Assembly (NCBI GenBank): GCA_951406725.2 | Contig: OX597815.1 | Location: forward strand, 199,082,001-199,146,000 | DNA from: Octopus vulgaris | Taxonomy: Eukaryota | DNA: 64,000 bases | Direction of reading: 5' to 3' | Shown: positions 39,372-57,123 of the stretch, piece by piece | Position numbering within the stretch: the first letter of the stretch is position 1 | How the letters are laid out: each line of letters opens with the position of its first letter | Translations under genes and position numbers: made by a program | Notes under the pieces: generated by a model | Seen by the model: only the letters and a program-made list of their open reading frames with translations | Told to the model about the DNA's origin: nothing | Database searches by the model: none

Positions 39372-39442
<71 letters not shown>

Positions 39443-39501
39443 CATATCAGAAATATTAAATTTCTAAATGTCTCAAAGAGACATGAGCAGTGGTGGAGCG
39501 A

Positions 39502-39633
39502 TAGAGCGGTTGTATACTGTCAACTTAACGTGGTGTCAAAGCCGACAGGAAGCGTTCGATGCTTCCTAGGGCTAAACAGCGGTGGTGTAATTCCCATACG
39601 GGACTGTCACGTTAAGTTGACAATATACAACCG

Positions 39634-39638
<5 letters not shown>
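39502..39638. repeat. Inverted repeat (arms about 30 bp) abutting (TA)n
   Basis: AGCGGTTGTATACTGTCAACTTAACGTG / CACGTTAAGTTGACAATATACAACCGCT; related hairpin at 63955-63997. Confidence 0.85.
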
Positions 39639-39673
<35 letters not shown>

Positions 39674-39954
39674 ATCTGTGTGTATGCATGTATGTATGTA
39701 TGTATGTATGTATGTATGTATGTGTTTTTGCGTGCTTATAACTTTGTTTTGTTGGTAGTCCTGGCCATGCTACGTTTCTTTAATTCGCTGCGATGTATTG
39801 TAGCTTGCATTGTGCATTATTTTGACCGTCCGCGATATTCGCGATTGTTGATGTCTGTCACTCATGCAATATCGACGTTGACGTAATCGTCATCACCACC
39901 TTCATCGTCATCGTCATCATCATGTATAGGCGCATGGATGTATGTATGTATGTA

Positions 39955-40340
39955 TGCTAACCAACCACATGGTATGCGGGTTTCCATGCGTGGCATATAA
40001 CAAGTGTCTTCTGCTATAGCCCCGGGCCGACCAATGCCTTGCCATGAGTGGATTTGGTAGACGGAAACTGAAAGAAGCCTGTCGTATATATGTATATATA
40101 TATATGTATGTGTGTGTGTGTGTGTGTGTGTTTGTGTGTCTGTGTTTGTCCCCCTAGCATTGCTTGACAACCGATGCTGGTGTGTCTACGTCCCCGCCAC
40201 TTAGTGGTTCGGCAAAAGAGACCGATGGAATAAGTACTGGGCTTACAAAGAATAAGTTCCGGGGTCGATTTGATCGACTAAAGGCGGTGCTCCAGCATGG
40301 CCGCAGTCAAATGACTGAAACAAGTAAAAGAGAGAGAGAG
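39955..40340 (+). mobile_element. SINE family B, 5' truncated
   Basis: Similarity to other copies. Confidence 0.88.
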
Positions 40341-43665
<3,325 letters not shown>

Positions 43666-43831
43666 CGTTTGTCTACATGTTACAGGTTCTCCGTTATATT
43701 TCTGGCCAAGAACACTGTAATCAAGCTAGGTCGTAATATGAGAGGCATAAAAAGCCATTAGTGTAGAGCAAGAGAGAAGAAAATAAACGAAGAAATGCAG
43801 CGTGGCAATGCACTCACATGCACATGTAGTA

Positions 43832-44215
43832 GGAGCACTCCGTCGGTTACGACGATGAGGGTCCCAGCTGATACGATCAACGGAACAGCTTGCTCGTGAA
43901 ATTAACATGCAAGTGGCTGAGCACTCCACAGACACGTGTACCCTTAACGTAGTTCTCGGGGATATTCAGCGTGACACAGAGTGTGACAAGGCTGGCTCTT
44001 TCAAATACAGGTACAACAGAAACAGGAAGAAAGAGTGAGAGAAAGTTGTGGTGAAAGAGTACAGCAGGGATCACCACCATCCCCTGCCGGAGCCTCGTGG
44101 GAGCTTTTTGGTGTTTTCGCTCAATAAACACTCACAACGCCCGGTCTGGGAATCGAAACCGCGATCCTACGACCGCGAGTCCGCTGCCCTGACCACTGGG
44201 CCATTGCGCCTCCAC
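43832..44215 (-). mobile_element. SINE family A
   Basis: Full length; target duplication ACATGCACATGTA. Confidence 0.92.
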
Positions 44216-44247
44216 GACATGCACATGTACTCATAGACATAATAGAA

Positions 44248-44670
44248 GGAACACTCCGTCGGTTACGACGACGAGGATCCCAGCTGATGCGATCAACGGA
44301 ACATCTTGCTCGTGAGATTAAAGTTCAAGTGGTTGAGCACTCTACAGACTGTAGAAGTTGTTGCTTTGAGGGCGAAATAGAAATTAAGGAAAGGGCCCAA
44401 GCCACTGGGTTACTACTATTACTACTACTGCTGCTGCTGCTGCTACGACCACTACTACTAACTTGTGTAAAGACGTGATTTACATATTTCTCTGGGAGAT
44501 TCAACGCAACACAGATTGTAACAAGGCCGGCCCCCTTCGAAATACAGGTACTTCTGATTTTTGCTAGGTGAGTGGACTGGAGCAAGGTGAAATAAAGTAT
44601 CTTGCTCAAGTACACAACGTGCTGCCGGGAATCGAACGCGGGTCCCTAGGATCGCGAGCCGAATACCCTA
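44248..44670 (-). mobile_element. Older family A-like SINE split by a local duplicate
   Basis: SINE pieces at 44248-44350 and about 44480-44670. Confidence 0.65.
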
Positions 44671-44672
44671 TC

Positions 44673-44888
44673 CTATTTCTTTACTACCCACAAGGGGCTA
44701 AACCCAGAGGGGACAAACGAATTAAGTCGATTACATTGACCCCCAGTTCGTAACTGGTACTTAATTTATTGACCCCGAAAGGATGAAAGGCAAAGTCGAC
44801 CTCGGCGGAATTTGAACTCAGAACGTTACGACAGACGAAATACGGCTACGTATTTCGCCCGGTGTGCTAACGTTTCTGCCAGCTCGCC
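44673..44888 (-). mobile_element. SINE family C
   Basis: Target duplication CCGAATACCCTATCC. Confidence 0.88.
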
Positions 44889-45079
44889 GAATACCCTATC
44901 CACTAAGACACACGCCTTCACACACATAGACATATATACACAAGCACATAGCCATACTCACACACACACATTCACCTGCATACGCATCCATATACACATA
45001 TGCATAGACATATGCACACACATGCACATACTCATGCAACCACATAAAAATAGGCACCTACACGCATACGCATACGCGT

Positions 45080-45687
45080 CCTTTTCTACTCTAGCCACTA
45101 GGCTTGAAATTTTTGTTGGGGACCAGTCGATTACAGCGACCCCAGTATGCAACTGGTACTTAATTTATCGACCCCGAAAGGATGAAAAGCAAAGTCGACA
45201 TCGGCAGAATTTGAACTCAATGTAAAGACAGACGAAATACCGCTATGCATTTCGCCCGGCGTGCTTAACGTTTCTTATTTCTTTACTACCCACAAGGGGC
45301 TACACACAGAGGAGACAAACAAGGACAGACAAACGGATTAAGTCGATTACATCGATCCCGGTGCGTAACTGGTACTTAATTTATCGACCGCGAAAAGATG
45401 AAAGGCAAAATCAACCTCGGAGGAGTTTGAACTCAGAACGTAGCGGCAGAAGAAATACCTATTTCTTTACTACCCTCAAGGGTCTAAACTCAGAGGGGAC
45501 AAACAAGGACAAACGGATTAAGTCGATTACATCGACCCCAGTGCGTAACTGGTACTTATTTAATGGACCCCAAAAGGATGAAAAGCAAACTCGACCTCGG
45601 CGGAATTTGAACTCAGAACGTAGCGGCAGACGAAATACCACTAAGCACTTCGCCCGGCGTGCTAACGTTTCTGCCAGCTCGCTGCCT
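45080..45687 (-). mobile_element. SINE family C, head-to-tail trimer
   Basis: Three units, same layout as 33675-34286. Confidence 0.9.
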
Positions 45688-46060
45688 ACGCATAAACATC
45701 GATACATATGCTTAGGGCTGCAGCATGTAACAGAACAAAAGAATACATACACGCGTACATTGATTATACGTACATCAGAAAGGATTGAAAGTCCTTCCTA
45801 AGCGATAGGCTCATGAGGTCGGTTGCCCGGATTCCGTGGGTTATAGATTCGTTACCTGGACTATTTAGGATCTTTGACAGCCGTGTGGACTGAAGCAACA
45901 CCAAATGAAACGTTTTCTTCAACGTCCCGTGCTCGATCCCACGACACGTGATGCAATGTCATTTAACGCCCCAAGGAATGTCATTGAAATTTATTATAAC
46001 CGGGAGTAAGTTTGAGGCCTGTTGAATGGATTGTAGCCGTAATCTAAACCATAAGTCAAA

Positions 46061-46210
46061 GGCGCAGGAGTGGCTTTGTGGTAAGTAGCTTGCTTACCAA
46101 CCACATGGTTCCGGGTGGAATCTTGGGCAAGTGTCTTCTGCTATAGCCTCGGGCCGACCAATGCCTTGTGAGTGGATTTGGTAGACGGAAACTGAAAGAA
46201 GCCTGTCGTA

Positions 46211-46253
<43 letters not shown>

Positions 46254-46480
46254 ATATGTTTGTGTGTCTGTGTTTGTCCCCCCACCATCGCTTGACAACC
46301 GATGCTGGTGTGTTTACGTCCCCGTCACATAGCGGTTCGGCAAAAAGAGACCGATAGAATAAGTACTGGGCTTACAAAGAATAAGTCCCGGGGTCGATTT
46401 GCTCCACTAAAGGTGGTGCTCCAGCATGGCCGCAGTCAAATGACTGAAACAAGTAAAAGAGTAAAGAGTAAAGAGAGAGT
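46061..46480 (+). mobile_element. SINE family B
   Basis: Full length with a small deletion in the head. Confidence 0.9.
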
Positions 46481-46489
46481 ATACGCTAC

Positions 46490-47098
46490 TTTACGACAGT
46501 GAGACGTGAAGCATCTACTGCAGACAGGAGCAGCGTCTTAACCTCTTTCACCTTCGTAATTTGGATATTAAGTGGACTGAACTCATTACCAACACCGAAG
46601 CCCTCAACCGCACCAAGATGCCCAGCATACTCGCACTGCTCCAACAGCGTCATTTGCGCTGTCTCGTTCATGTACATCGCATGCCAAACGGGAGGATCCC
46701 AAAAGACCTCTTTTATGGGGAATTGGCCACCGGCACAAGAGCACGAGGACGATCTCATCTTCGTTTCAAAGACGTCTGTTAGAGGGATATGAAGTCGCTT
46801 GATCTGGACGTCCTCAGATGAGAGGAGGTTGCAAATGGTCGCCCATACTGGAGTCAAATGCTACAAAAGGAGATGAAGTTAATAGAAGAAAAGCAAAAAA
46901 AATTGCCACCAAAGAAAAGTGCACTCGACGGAAGGAAACACGAGTAGCGCTTACAGAAAGCTCCCTCAAATGCAGTCTTTGTATGTGTGACTGTCTCTAC
47001 CGCGTGGGCCTGTACAGCTACAATAGACGCTGTACAACCATACAATATCTCTGAGCGCAGAACCATGGCTTCTCAAGACTGGCGGATGCCTACTGCTA
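46490..47098 (+). mobile_element. RTE-clade LINE 3' fragment
   Basis: LDIKWTELITNTEALNRTKMPSILALLQQRHLRCLVHVHRMPNGRIPKDLFYGELATGTRARGRSHLRFKDVC is a typical RTE/BovB-like ORF C-terminal region. Confidence 0.9.
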
Positions 47099-47359
47099 AG
47101 TGAAAGTATAAGTTTTGCTTGTCACACTATGTCACGCTGAGTTCCGCGAAGAATTGAATTAAAAGTACAGGCTTCTTGAGAATATTCAAAATCTTGTACA
47201 CTAAATCAGTTTACACACTGCTCAGGTGAACGAATTTTTGGACAACTCGAAATCGGAAATCCATTTATCGTATGTGTTTATGTGTGTGTATGTATGTATG
47301 TGTGTATGTATGTATGTATGTATGTATGTATGTATGTATGTATGTATGCATGCATATAT

Positions 47360-47760
47360 AGGTACGGAAGTGGCTGTATGATAAGTATTTTGCTTACCAA
47401 CCACATGGTTATGGGTTCAGCCCCACTTCGTGGCACCTATGGCAAGTATCTTCTACCATAGCCTCGGGCCGACCAAAGCCTTGTGAGTGGATTTGGAAAC
47501 TCAAAGAAGCCCGTCGTATATATGTATATATATATGTAAGTGTGTGTATGTTTGTGTGGCTGTGTTTGTCCCCCTAGCATTGCTTGACAACCGATGCCGT
47601 TGTGATTATGTCCTCGTAACTTAGCGGTTCGGCAAAACAGACCGATAGAATAAGCACTGGGCTTACAAAGAATAAGTCCCGGAGTCGGGTTGCTCAACTA
47701 AAGGCGGTGCTCCAGCATGGCCGCAGTCACATGACTGTAACAAATAAAAGAGTAAAGAGT
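47360..47760 (+). mobile_element. SINE family B
   Basis: Full length. Confidence 0.9.
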
Positions 47761-47924
47761 ATATATATATATATGTATGTGTATGTATACACACATGCAC
47801 ACACATAAAGGCATACAATAAACAAACACACATACACATACACATATACAACATACATATATATGTGTGTGTATGTGTGAGTCTGTCTGTTTGTCCGTCT
47901 GTCTGCCTGTCTCTGTGTGTTTCA

Positions 47925-48118
47925 CCATGCTTGGTCGCTAAATTCACAAGTTCTTTTTTTTATTCTCTCCCTGTTTATTTTCTCTTATTCCTTTTTGCTG
48001 AAGAGCGTAGGCTCGAAACGTAAAAAGACTTTCTCACATTCTCGAGTGTCAAACTAATACACCTGCTTGTGGTGCATACGCCTGTCTTCGTCTTTTGTTT
48101 TTCTGTAAATTTCAACTA
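47925..48118 (+). mobile_element. Family P2 copy with a degenerate minimal hammerhead (47991-48027)
   Basis: CTTT-TTGCTGA-A-GAGC-GTAG-GCTC-GAAA-CG-TA-AAAAG. Confidence 0.65.
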
Positions 48119-48165
48119 CACACACACACACATATATACACACACATGTATACACATATATACAC

Positions 48166-48397
48166 AAGGCGGCTAGCTGGCAGAGACGTTACCACGCCGG
48201 GCGACGTGTTTCACGGTATTTCGCCCGTCGCTACGTTCTGAGTTCAAATTCCGCCGAGGTCGACTTTGCCTTTTATCCTTTCGGGGTCGATTAAATAAGT
48301 ACCACTTACGCACTGGGGGTCAATGTAATCGACTTAATCCGTTTGTCTGTCTTTGTTTGTCCCCTCTATGGTTAGCCCCTTGTGGGTAATAAAGAAA
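48166..48397 (+). mobile_element. SINE family C
   Basis: Full monomer. Confidence 0.9.
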
Positions 48398-48409
48398 CAT
48401 ATATACACT

Positions 48410-48950
48410 TGGAAATGGATGCGTGGCGTTCAGTCATATAATAATGTAAATAATATATATATATATATATATATACATATTTACATATAAATGCATATAC
48501 ATATGCATATATGAGTACAGGGCGTCATAAAACGTTAAGAACATGAAATACGAAATACGAAAACATAGAAAACGAACTTTTTTGCAAACAACGAGAGAAA
48601 CAAATGGAAAACAGGACAAGTAACATAAAGAACGACCCTTCATCAGTTGTCGGTTGCTTATCTACACCACATTTCGAGCAATTCGTGACAGTATGTGTCT
48701 TTGAGACAACAGATGCTCCCGGAAAGCAAAATAAAATTGGGGATTTGCGGAGGGTCAAAGCTGGTAACAACAATTGGACAGTGAAAACAAACAGTAAGGG
48801 CTACTAAGCCATAGCGAGGTGAGGTGGCGAACGTTGGTGGAACAAGCTTTGACAGGAGACAGACAGGAACGCGTCTGATCTGTGTGACAGACCAAAAGGA
48901 AAGAATGAAAAGTCGGGATGCGTGGCGTTCAGTTATTCCATAAATGAAAT
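48410..48950 (-). mobile_element. Family P1 copy 4, with terminal direct repeat GGATGCGTGGCGTTCAGT
   Basis: Repeat at about 48417 and 48916; permuted core GCTC-GAAAT...25 nt...CTGATGA-AGGG on minus; the same terminal motif occurs at 498-512. Confidence 0.65.
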
Positions 48951-49852
48951 ATGCATCTAATACTACCAAACGTACACGTAGGACAGACACCAGAACCCTA
49001 AAACTTCATCTGTTATCGACCGAAAAATACTAACATCTAGTTTCCTGCCTTTAACGATAACACTACATATATATGGACATGTTTATATGTGTATACGTGT
49101 GTATGTATACAGTTGTTTCTTGATTTACTCCATGTTCAGATTACATGATTGCACTTCAGCATGGCTTAGACTTTTTCTGAGACTTAGATCTTTTTCCTTT
49201 TTCTTTCTCCTTAATTTTAGATTTATAGAAACAACCAACTCGACGTTCCCCTTTTGATATTCAATTTCCTTCCACTTTTACTTTCGTTTTATTTCTTCAA
49301 TAGTGAGGTGTACAACATTTTAAATTAACATTTAGGCTACAAATTTTGTTCATATTTCGTTATATAATTTAGAGATTAAAAATAGAGTTTCAAATACCAA
49401 AAATATTGATTTCTCTGAAAATAAAACTTAATATATTAAATCATCTTCAAAAGATGGAAAGGGTTCAAAAGAAACTACGAAATAATTAATATGATTGGAG
49501 TAACTACTGGAACAAGAAAAAAAAATGAAGAAAGAGCCAGCGCCAATATAATCACTGGATCTTCAATAAATTAAAACAGACATGTATAGCAACATTATAG
49601 AAACAGTGGGAAAAGATCTATTATTTTGGATAGACGATATAACCCGGTATTATGAAAGTGGCCATATATATATAGAGAGAGAGATCTGTACAGTCCTACA
49701 CATATAAATCTGTCGATCCCGTGATGACGTGATCGACCAGACTATCGGATGTTGTTATATATCGCTGGTCACAATGCGTTTGGAATCGTTTCAGTTTTTG
49801 AATGATGCAACCCAGCTGGTTGGGCGAGTAGGCCAGTATGTACGTATACACG

Positions 49853-49890
<38 letters not shown>

Positions 49891-50288
49891 CATATACATA
49901 TGTTTGTCCGTTCACACATGCGTGTGTGTGTATGCGTTTGTTTATCTGTGTGTGTATGCATGTGTGTTTGTGCTTGTGTGTGTGTGTGTCAAAACAGGAT
50001 TGAAAGTCCTTTCCAAGACATCGGCTCACAAGGCCAGTTTCCCGGATTCTGCGGTCTATGTACTCCTCTATGGACTGGACACGGATCCGCCTCAAGTTAA
50101 CCAGTTATTTCTGAGTCGATTCAAGTAATATGTAATGAAGTGTTTTGCTCAAGAATACAACGCTCCACCCACTTCGGGAATTGAAACCGTTATCTTATAA
50201 TCGTGAGATCAACACCTTAACCACAATGCCACGCCCCTCCGCATATGTCTGTATAGGTATATGCATATATACATATACATGTATATTT

Positions 50289-50384
<96 letters not shown>

Positions 50385-50465
50385 GTATATATATATATAC
50401 ATATATAAATACATATATATATACATATATATATATGTATATATATATATATACATATATATATG

Positions 50466-50560
<95 letters not shown>

Positions 50561-50561
<1 letters not shown>

Positions 50562-50890
50562 AAGACCCCCTTCGGTCATGTATGACCATGGGATTGCACC
50601 TAGAAAGTTACCCTCCTAGACACAAGTCCGGCCAAGGTTGTTTATGGAAGACCAGCAGTCGCCCATGCATACCAGCCTCCCTCTCCACGCCACCAGTGTT
50701 ATCCAAGGGAAAGACAAAGGTCGATACAGCTTGGCACCAGTGACGTCGCAACTCATTTCTACAGCTGAGTGAACTGGAGCAACGTGAAAATAAAGTGCCT
50801 TGCTCGAGAACACAACACGCAGTCCGGTCCGGGATTCGAGCTCACAACTTCATGATCGTAAGCTCGACGCTCTAACCACTGAGCCATGCG
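50561..50890 (-). mobile_element. SINE family D
   Basis: tRNA-like head at the right end; body shared with 38703-38985. Confidence 0.8.
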
Positions 50891-51601
50891 TGTATTGTTA
50901 GAGAGAGAGTGAGAAACATCTATGCATCATGTTTAACGTATAAATATCCTTGAAAAGGATGATGTTGTAGGTAGTGTCTGAGAGAAAACCTCTTGATAGA
51001 TGTGTTAAAAACAATACACACATCCACTCATACATACATGCATATATATATATATATATATAGAACAATGCACACACATATGCACACGCGTGCATATTCA
51101 TATATACATACACACACAAACACGCGCGCACACACCGACAAACACACACACACACACATATGAGTGATGCGAATATTGTCTCAGCAGTGACTCACGAGAT
51201 TGTCAGATGCGTTTCGTCCTTCCTGAGGCTTTGTCAATGACGTGTATCCGTTTGTCATACACCTCTAAATAAAATGTGTCCGGTTTGGTATCTATAGAGA
51301 AGTGAATAATATATAAATAACAGCATTAAATATGAATAACAAACAGTTTACCATTCTTCACATATATACGACTGCGCAAGGCATAATACCCAGACGGATA
51401 TTTTAAGTTAGTGTTGTTTCAATTATGTACACCGAATTTATTTCAACCCTCCACGCTTTCTTGAATATCAGCGGATATATATCGATTTTTCTCTATAAGA
51501 CGAAGAGGATAAATTGGGTTTAAACATGGGAAATCGTGTAGGCACTACCGACAAGGCATCACTGAATGCCAAGATATGTCTGACCTTATTATGAGTTTCT
51601 G

Positions 51602-52040
51602 TAAGGCAGCAAGCTGGCAGAGACGTAAGCACGCCGGGCGAAATGTTTAGCGGTATTTCATTGGTTTTTACGTTCTGAGTTCAAATTTCGTCGAGGTCGA
51701 CTTTACCTTTCATCCTTTCGGGGTTGATAAATTTAGTACCATTTGCATCCTGGGATCCATCTATTCAACTGGCGCTCTTCCCTAAAATTTCGGGCTTTGT
51801 GCCAAGAGTAGAAAAGACTATTAAAGAGCGGCGAGCTGGCAGAAATGTTAGCACGCCGGGCGAAATGCTTAGCGAAATATCGCCTGTCTTTACCTTCTGA
51901 GTTCAAATTCCGCCATGGTCGGCATTCCCTTTCGTGCTTTCGGAGTCGATAAATTAAGAACAAGTTGCGTACAGGGCTCGATTTAATCGACTGGCCCGCT
52001 CCCCAAAAATTTTGGGGCCCATGCTTGACTAGAAAAGATT
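51602..52040 (+). mobile_element. Two tandem family C SINEs
   Basis: Two heads, at about 51603 and 51826. Confidence 0.85.
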
Positions 52041-52234
52041 ATCATGAGTTATTACTGTGATGATGTTCAAGAAGATATTGAGTTTTTTTATACATGTCTA
52101 CGAAGAAGTATTTCTCTTACAAGAAAACTACAGTATCATGCTTTTCAGTATATATACGTTAAGCTCCGTACATGTATGCCTACTGGCATTTAATACTCTT
52201 TCAAATGCGTACACTATGATTATTAAATATATGA

Positions 52235-52276
<42 letters not shown>

Positions 52277-52313
52277 TATCTATATATCTATATATCTATA
52301 TCTATATATATAT

Positions 52314-52368
<55 letters not shown>

Positions 52369-52828
52369 CATATATATAGACATATACATAACTATATATC
52401 TATATCTATATATATATATATATAGACATATACATAACTATATATCTATATCTATATACATACATATATATATACACACACACATGGATATCTATATACA
52501 AATGCCCGTGTGTCTGTGTGTTTGTGGGTGAGTGTGGGTGTGAGGGTGCAGGTGTATTGGGGTGGGATGAGTGTGTGTGTATGTGTGTACTCTCGCTATT
52601 CATTATCCGGATTTCAATAAGTTTAATATTTGGTGGGGGGTATTTCTATTAATATCACTTAGTTTCGTTTATTATACCTGTCTCTTCATATTATGTCTGG
52701 AGTTTCAAAATCACCTCAACTCACTTAAATCAATTCGCCAAATATTTTTCTCCCCAGAATAATGTTTCTCAGTACTACTCTCTACATCCAATGATCTTTC
52801 TTCCACTCTGTCTATTTTTTATATATAA

Positions 52829-53217
52829 CTAGCAGTATCGCCCGGCGTTGCTCGGGTTTGTAAGGGAAATAACTATATAAGCATTTTTTAGAGCGTTATA
52901 GCAAAAAAATGCATTAAGAATGGAAAAAAAAATGATGGTAAATTTTTTTTAAATCGTTGACTCATCGTAGACATTTTTAGAGAGTTACTTCCCTTATATA
53001 ATAGCGAAGAAAATGCATTAAAATGGAAAAAAATGATGGTAATTTTTTTTTTAAATCGTAGACTCATCGTAGACGCGCGCTAATACCCAGAAGGGCTCGA
53101 TATGAATCACGACTATAAGATACCAGGTTTTGGTTAAACTTCACCGCAAAATGTGGGAGTAGTTAGGAATCTAAATCGTAGCAGACAGACACACAACTTC
53201 ACTTTTATATATAAAGA
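52829..53217 (-). mobile_element. Non-autonomous Helitron
   Basis: Minus strand A|TCTTTATATATAAAAG...CCCGAGCAACGCCGGG (hairpin) CGATACTG CTAG|T; internal duplicated segment. Confidence 0.85.
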
Positions 53218-55215
53218 TTTTACAGCATCGACGTTCAGATATTGAATCTGTACACAAACCTTACTGACTTCACTAAACTCTGAATTCCTGAAGATGTCAT
53301 TAACACAAGACCACTTCGTAGAGTAAACCAGAAATTATGTTCAATGAGTGAAGCTACCAGATGTTTTGGAAATTTTTTTTCCTGCGCCAGTTAGTATCTA
53401 AGAGACTCATCTCTACAAGTTTGAGAACTTTTTTATTCACTCCTTGAAGAATGCATTAATTATTTCAGCCTGGCTGCTTGTAGACATTTGAAAAGAATAC
53501 TCTTTTCTACTCTAGGTAGAAGGCCCGAAATTTTGAGAGAGGGGATATGTCAATTAGATCGACCCCAGTACGCAACTGGTACTTAATTTATCGACCGAAG
53601 GTAAAGTCGACATACAATACTTTTAAAAAATTAAATGATAGCATTGTAGTTGCGGGTGGGCCCCCTTAATCTCCTGGCAACCAATATTTTTAGACCCAGT
53701 CCGCCACTGTTTACCTGTATTAAATGAATCTCATGTTGAGGAAGAATTCTTCTCTTTAATTATATACCGAGTACTGTTCAAGATGAAAGCTACGAAAACT
53801 GACAGTATGTTGTCTTATGAACCCCAGTGATTGACAAAAACATATCATTTTTTTTTTCGTGTTCGCGTTTTCTCGCAGACTCTTCGCCATTGTTGATTCC
53901 CGTTGATAGTGTTGTTAGGAGCGGAAGTGTGACGGGGTGTCGGTGATTTTTTCCATCGTTGTTCTTGTTTTCCTTGCCACTCATCAATCCTGACTGAGTA
54001 AACTAGAATCAAAAGCATCCCTTTCATCATGATCCTGCCTTTTCGATAATATTTAGGATTACTTTATCCAGTAGGTCTTTCCCCTTTTTTTTAAAACGGC
54101 ATATTTTTATTTATTTGCTATTTCTAGCACACCGATCGACCGCCTATATACTCGCACGCAAGCTAAGCTCGTAAGGCTTTTTCTTATGTCGAATTGCCTT
54201 GCATGGAATTAAACGACCATCTATAAAAATACGCCTCAGTTCCCTTAACTGAGGCAACACAATAAAGCAATTCTCCCGCCTTTGCTGCCGTAATCCAAGG
54301 AATGCATCAATTTATCTAGCACACGCTTGGCTTAGGGACAAGTCGAGCTGCGTTCTATATTGACTATCAAGACACAAAAGAGCGACCGAACTCATAGCTG
54401 GTTCGACACCTTATCCAATATCCCATAACACCTCACATTCCGAAGGATATGAATTAAACGCCAAACATAAAGACTAAAATAAACAAACTAAATGTTGCGT
54501 CATTGATTTCTGTAGTTTATCTTGGAGCCAAATAGAAAATCGATGGAACATTTATTCTAAAAGTTCTTTGGTTTTTTTTTTCATCTTAGCTTGACACAAA
54601 AATTTCCTATCTCGCCAAAAAATTGTGGACCTAACACCCAGATATATTCTTTCAAAACATCAAACTTCTTTTGTTTGTATAGAAGTGGGTGTGGTGGGGT
54701 GGGTGCTTGGAAGGAGATGAAATGGAAGAAAGGGAAGACGGAGAAGACGAAGACGGTGGAGGGGAAGGAAGGAAGAGAAGGAGGAGGGGAAGAAGAAAAA
54801 GAAGAAGAAGAAGAAGAAGAAGAAGACAGGAAGGGAAGTTGAAGAAGTGCATAACAAGGAAGAATGGTAGAAAAAAAAAAGAAGTAAAATTGAACATAAG
54901 GAAATCAAAAACAACAAAATCAGCAATACCGATATGAAAACAACAAAAGATAAAAAACAAAAATGGGGGGAATAAAATAAACCAACAAAAACCAGTATAA
55001 ATGATAAAGAAATGAGTATAAAATGTGTATGTCAGAAGAAGACAGATCGAAACAACTGAAAATCCTTCCCAGAAAGCTGAAAGTTTACTCAAAGAAAGCA
55101 GTCAAGTGGAAACGGACAGATAGACGCACACATAGAGTTGAGTATGGCAAATAGACAGGTGAAGTGGGAAGGGTGAAAAGGTGAAAGTGAAAGTAATGGA
55201 AGATGAACACGGAAG

Positions 55216-55246
<31 letters not shown>

Positions 55247-55664
55247 GAGAGAGAGAGTGGAGTATGTGAGAATGACAGAGACGGAATCTGAGGTTTGGAA
55301 AAGACGTGTGAGGAGTAAAAATAAAGATACAGAAATATTTGCAAGACGGAGAAATGAGAGAGAAAGAGAGAGACAGAGAGACAGAGAGACAGACAGAGAG
55401 ACAGACAGAGAGAGAGCGAGAGAGGTAGAGAGAGTGCTGGTATAAGGAAATAGAGGTTTGCTTATCACAGGGAGTGATTAATAAAAAGAAAGTAAGGGTT
55501 TCTATAGAGAGAGGAATGACAGAGGTTTGTAACATCTTTTTTCCCCCATGGAAAAACCTATCTGAGTTGTAACGATTTTCACCTTTCAAATATTTATTAG
55601 ATGGCTAAGTGAGACTGAAGTGATTTTGTTTCAATCAAGATTCGAAACCACCCTAAAGATTACT

Positions 55665-56040
55665 GGAAGCACTCCGTCGGTTACGACGATGAGGGTTCCG
55701 GTTGATCTGAATCAACGGAACAGCCTGCTCGTGAAATTAACGTGTAAGTAGCTGAGCACTCCACAGACACGTGTACTCTTAACGTAGTTCTCGGGGATAT
55801 TCAGCGTGACACAGAGAGTGACAAGGCCGGCCCTTTGAAATACAGGTACAACAGAAACAGGAAGTAAGAGAAAGTTGTGGTGAAAGAGTACAGCAGGGAT
55901 CACCACCATCCCCTGCCGGAGTCTCGTGGAGCTTTAGGTGTTTTCGCTCAATAAACACTCACAACGCCCGGTCTGGGAATCGAAACCGCGATCCTATGAC
56001 CGCGAGTCCGCTGCCCTAACCACTGGGCCATTGCGCCTCC
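55665..56040 (-). mobile_element. SINE family A
   Basis: Full length; target duplication AGATTACT. Confidence 0.92.
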
Positions 56041-56324
56041 AGATTACTACACCTTGAAAGATTACTACACCTTGAAGAACATCTTTCGGTAGTGTACACG
56101 CATATGTGTGAATGTGTGTTTGTGTGTGTGTGTGTGTGTTTGTGCGAGTGTGTGCGAGCATAAATGTGTATATATATATATATATAGATAGATAGATATA
56201 TAGGTAGGTAGGTAGGTATGTAGGTAGATACGTAGATAGATAAATACGTAGGTAGATACGTAGATAGATAGATAGATAGATAGATACATACATACATACA
56301 TACATACATACATACATACATACA

Positions 56325-56356
<32 letters not shown>

Positions 56357-56514
56357 CATATATACATGTCCGTGCGCCCACGTGTGTGTGCGTGCGTATG
56401 TCTTTGTGTCAGTGCTTGTCCTCCACTCCGGCCACACCACCACCACCACCATCACTGCCTCCATAACTTAGCAGTTCGGAAAAAGAAACGATAGAATAAA
56501 TACCAGACTTCAAA

Positions 56515-56580
<66 letters not shown>

Positions 56581-56581
<1 letters not shown>

Positions 56582-57083
56582 TGGAAGTGTTATCATGTAC
56601 ATTGTTTTGTCTTGGTATAAAAGATGGGCTACAGCAAATATTCTGCTCAATACCACAGATTTGCTTGTCAGTTGTTTGACCTTAACCAGTTGAGCATGTC
56701 CCTTAGTGGCTGACGATATGTGCATCTCTGATCACGAGCAGAAGTAGTGGGGGAGCATCATAGCCATGTGTTGAGAAGGATTCTTTGGAGTTTGAATGGT
56801 TCACCTCTGGAAACATAGGTGTTTCGTTCAACATCCTAAAGCAACCCTTATTCAGGGACCGTTTGAGCAGGATGGGCTACTCAACCTGAAGAAAATTCTA
56901 ACTGTGCCCCACCTGCAAGGTCATGCGCTGTTTATCTTGATATGAGATCACCATGTCGCGCACATATGGCTGTGATGCATGTGCCTGGTGTACCCTTATC
57001 AGACGGGTAGTCATGATGGGTATATTGGGCTTCGTATATTTTACCCCAGTGTCACTTTGATGGCATGAACTGCTCTCTCACTC
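56581..57083. mobile_element. 500-bp insert embedded in (AAT)n, itself inside a family B SINE tail (56462-57220)
   Basis: Flanked on both sides by (AAT)n; the SINE 3' half resumes at about 57125; resembles a microsatellite-targeting LINE end (inference). Confidence 0.55.
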
Positions 57084-57123
<40 letters not shown>

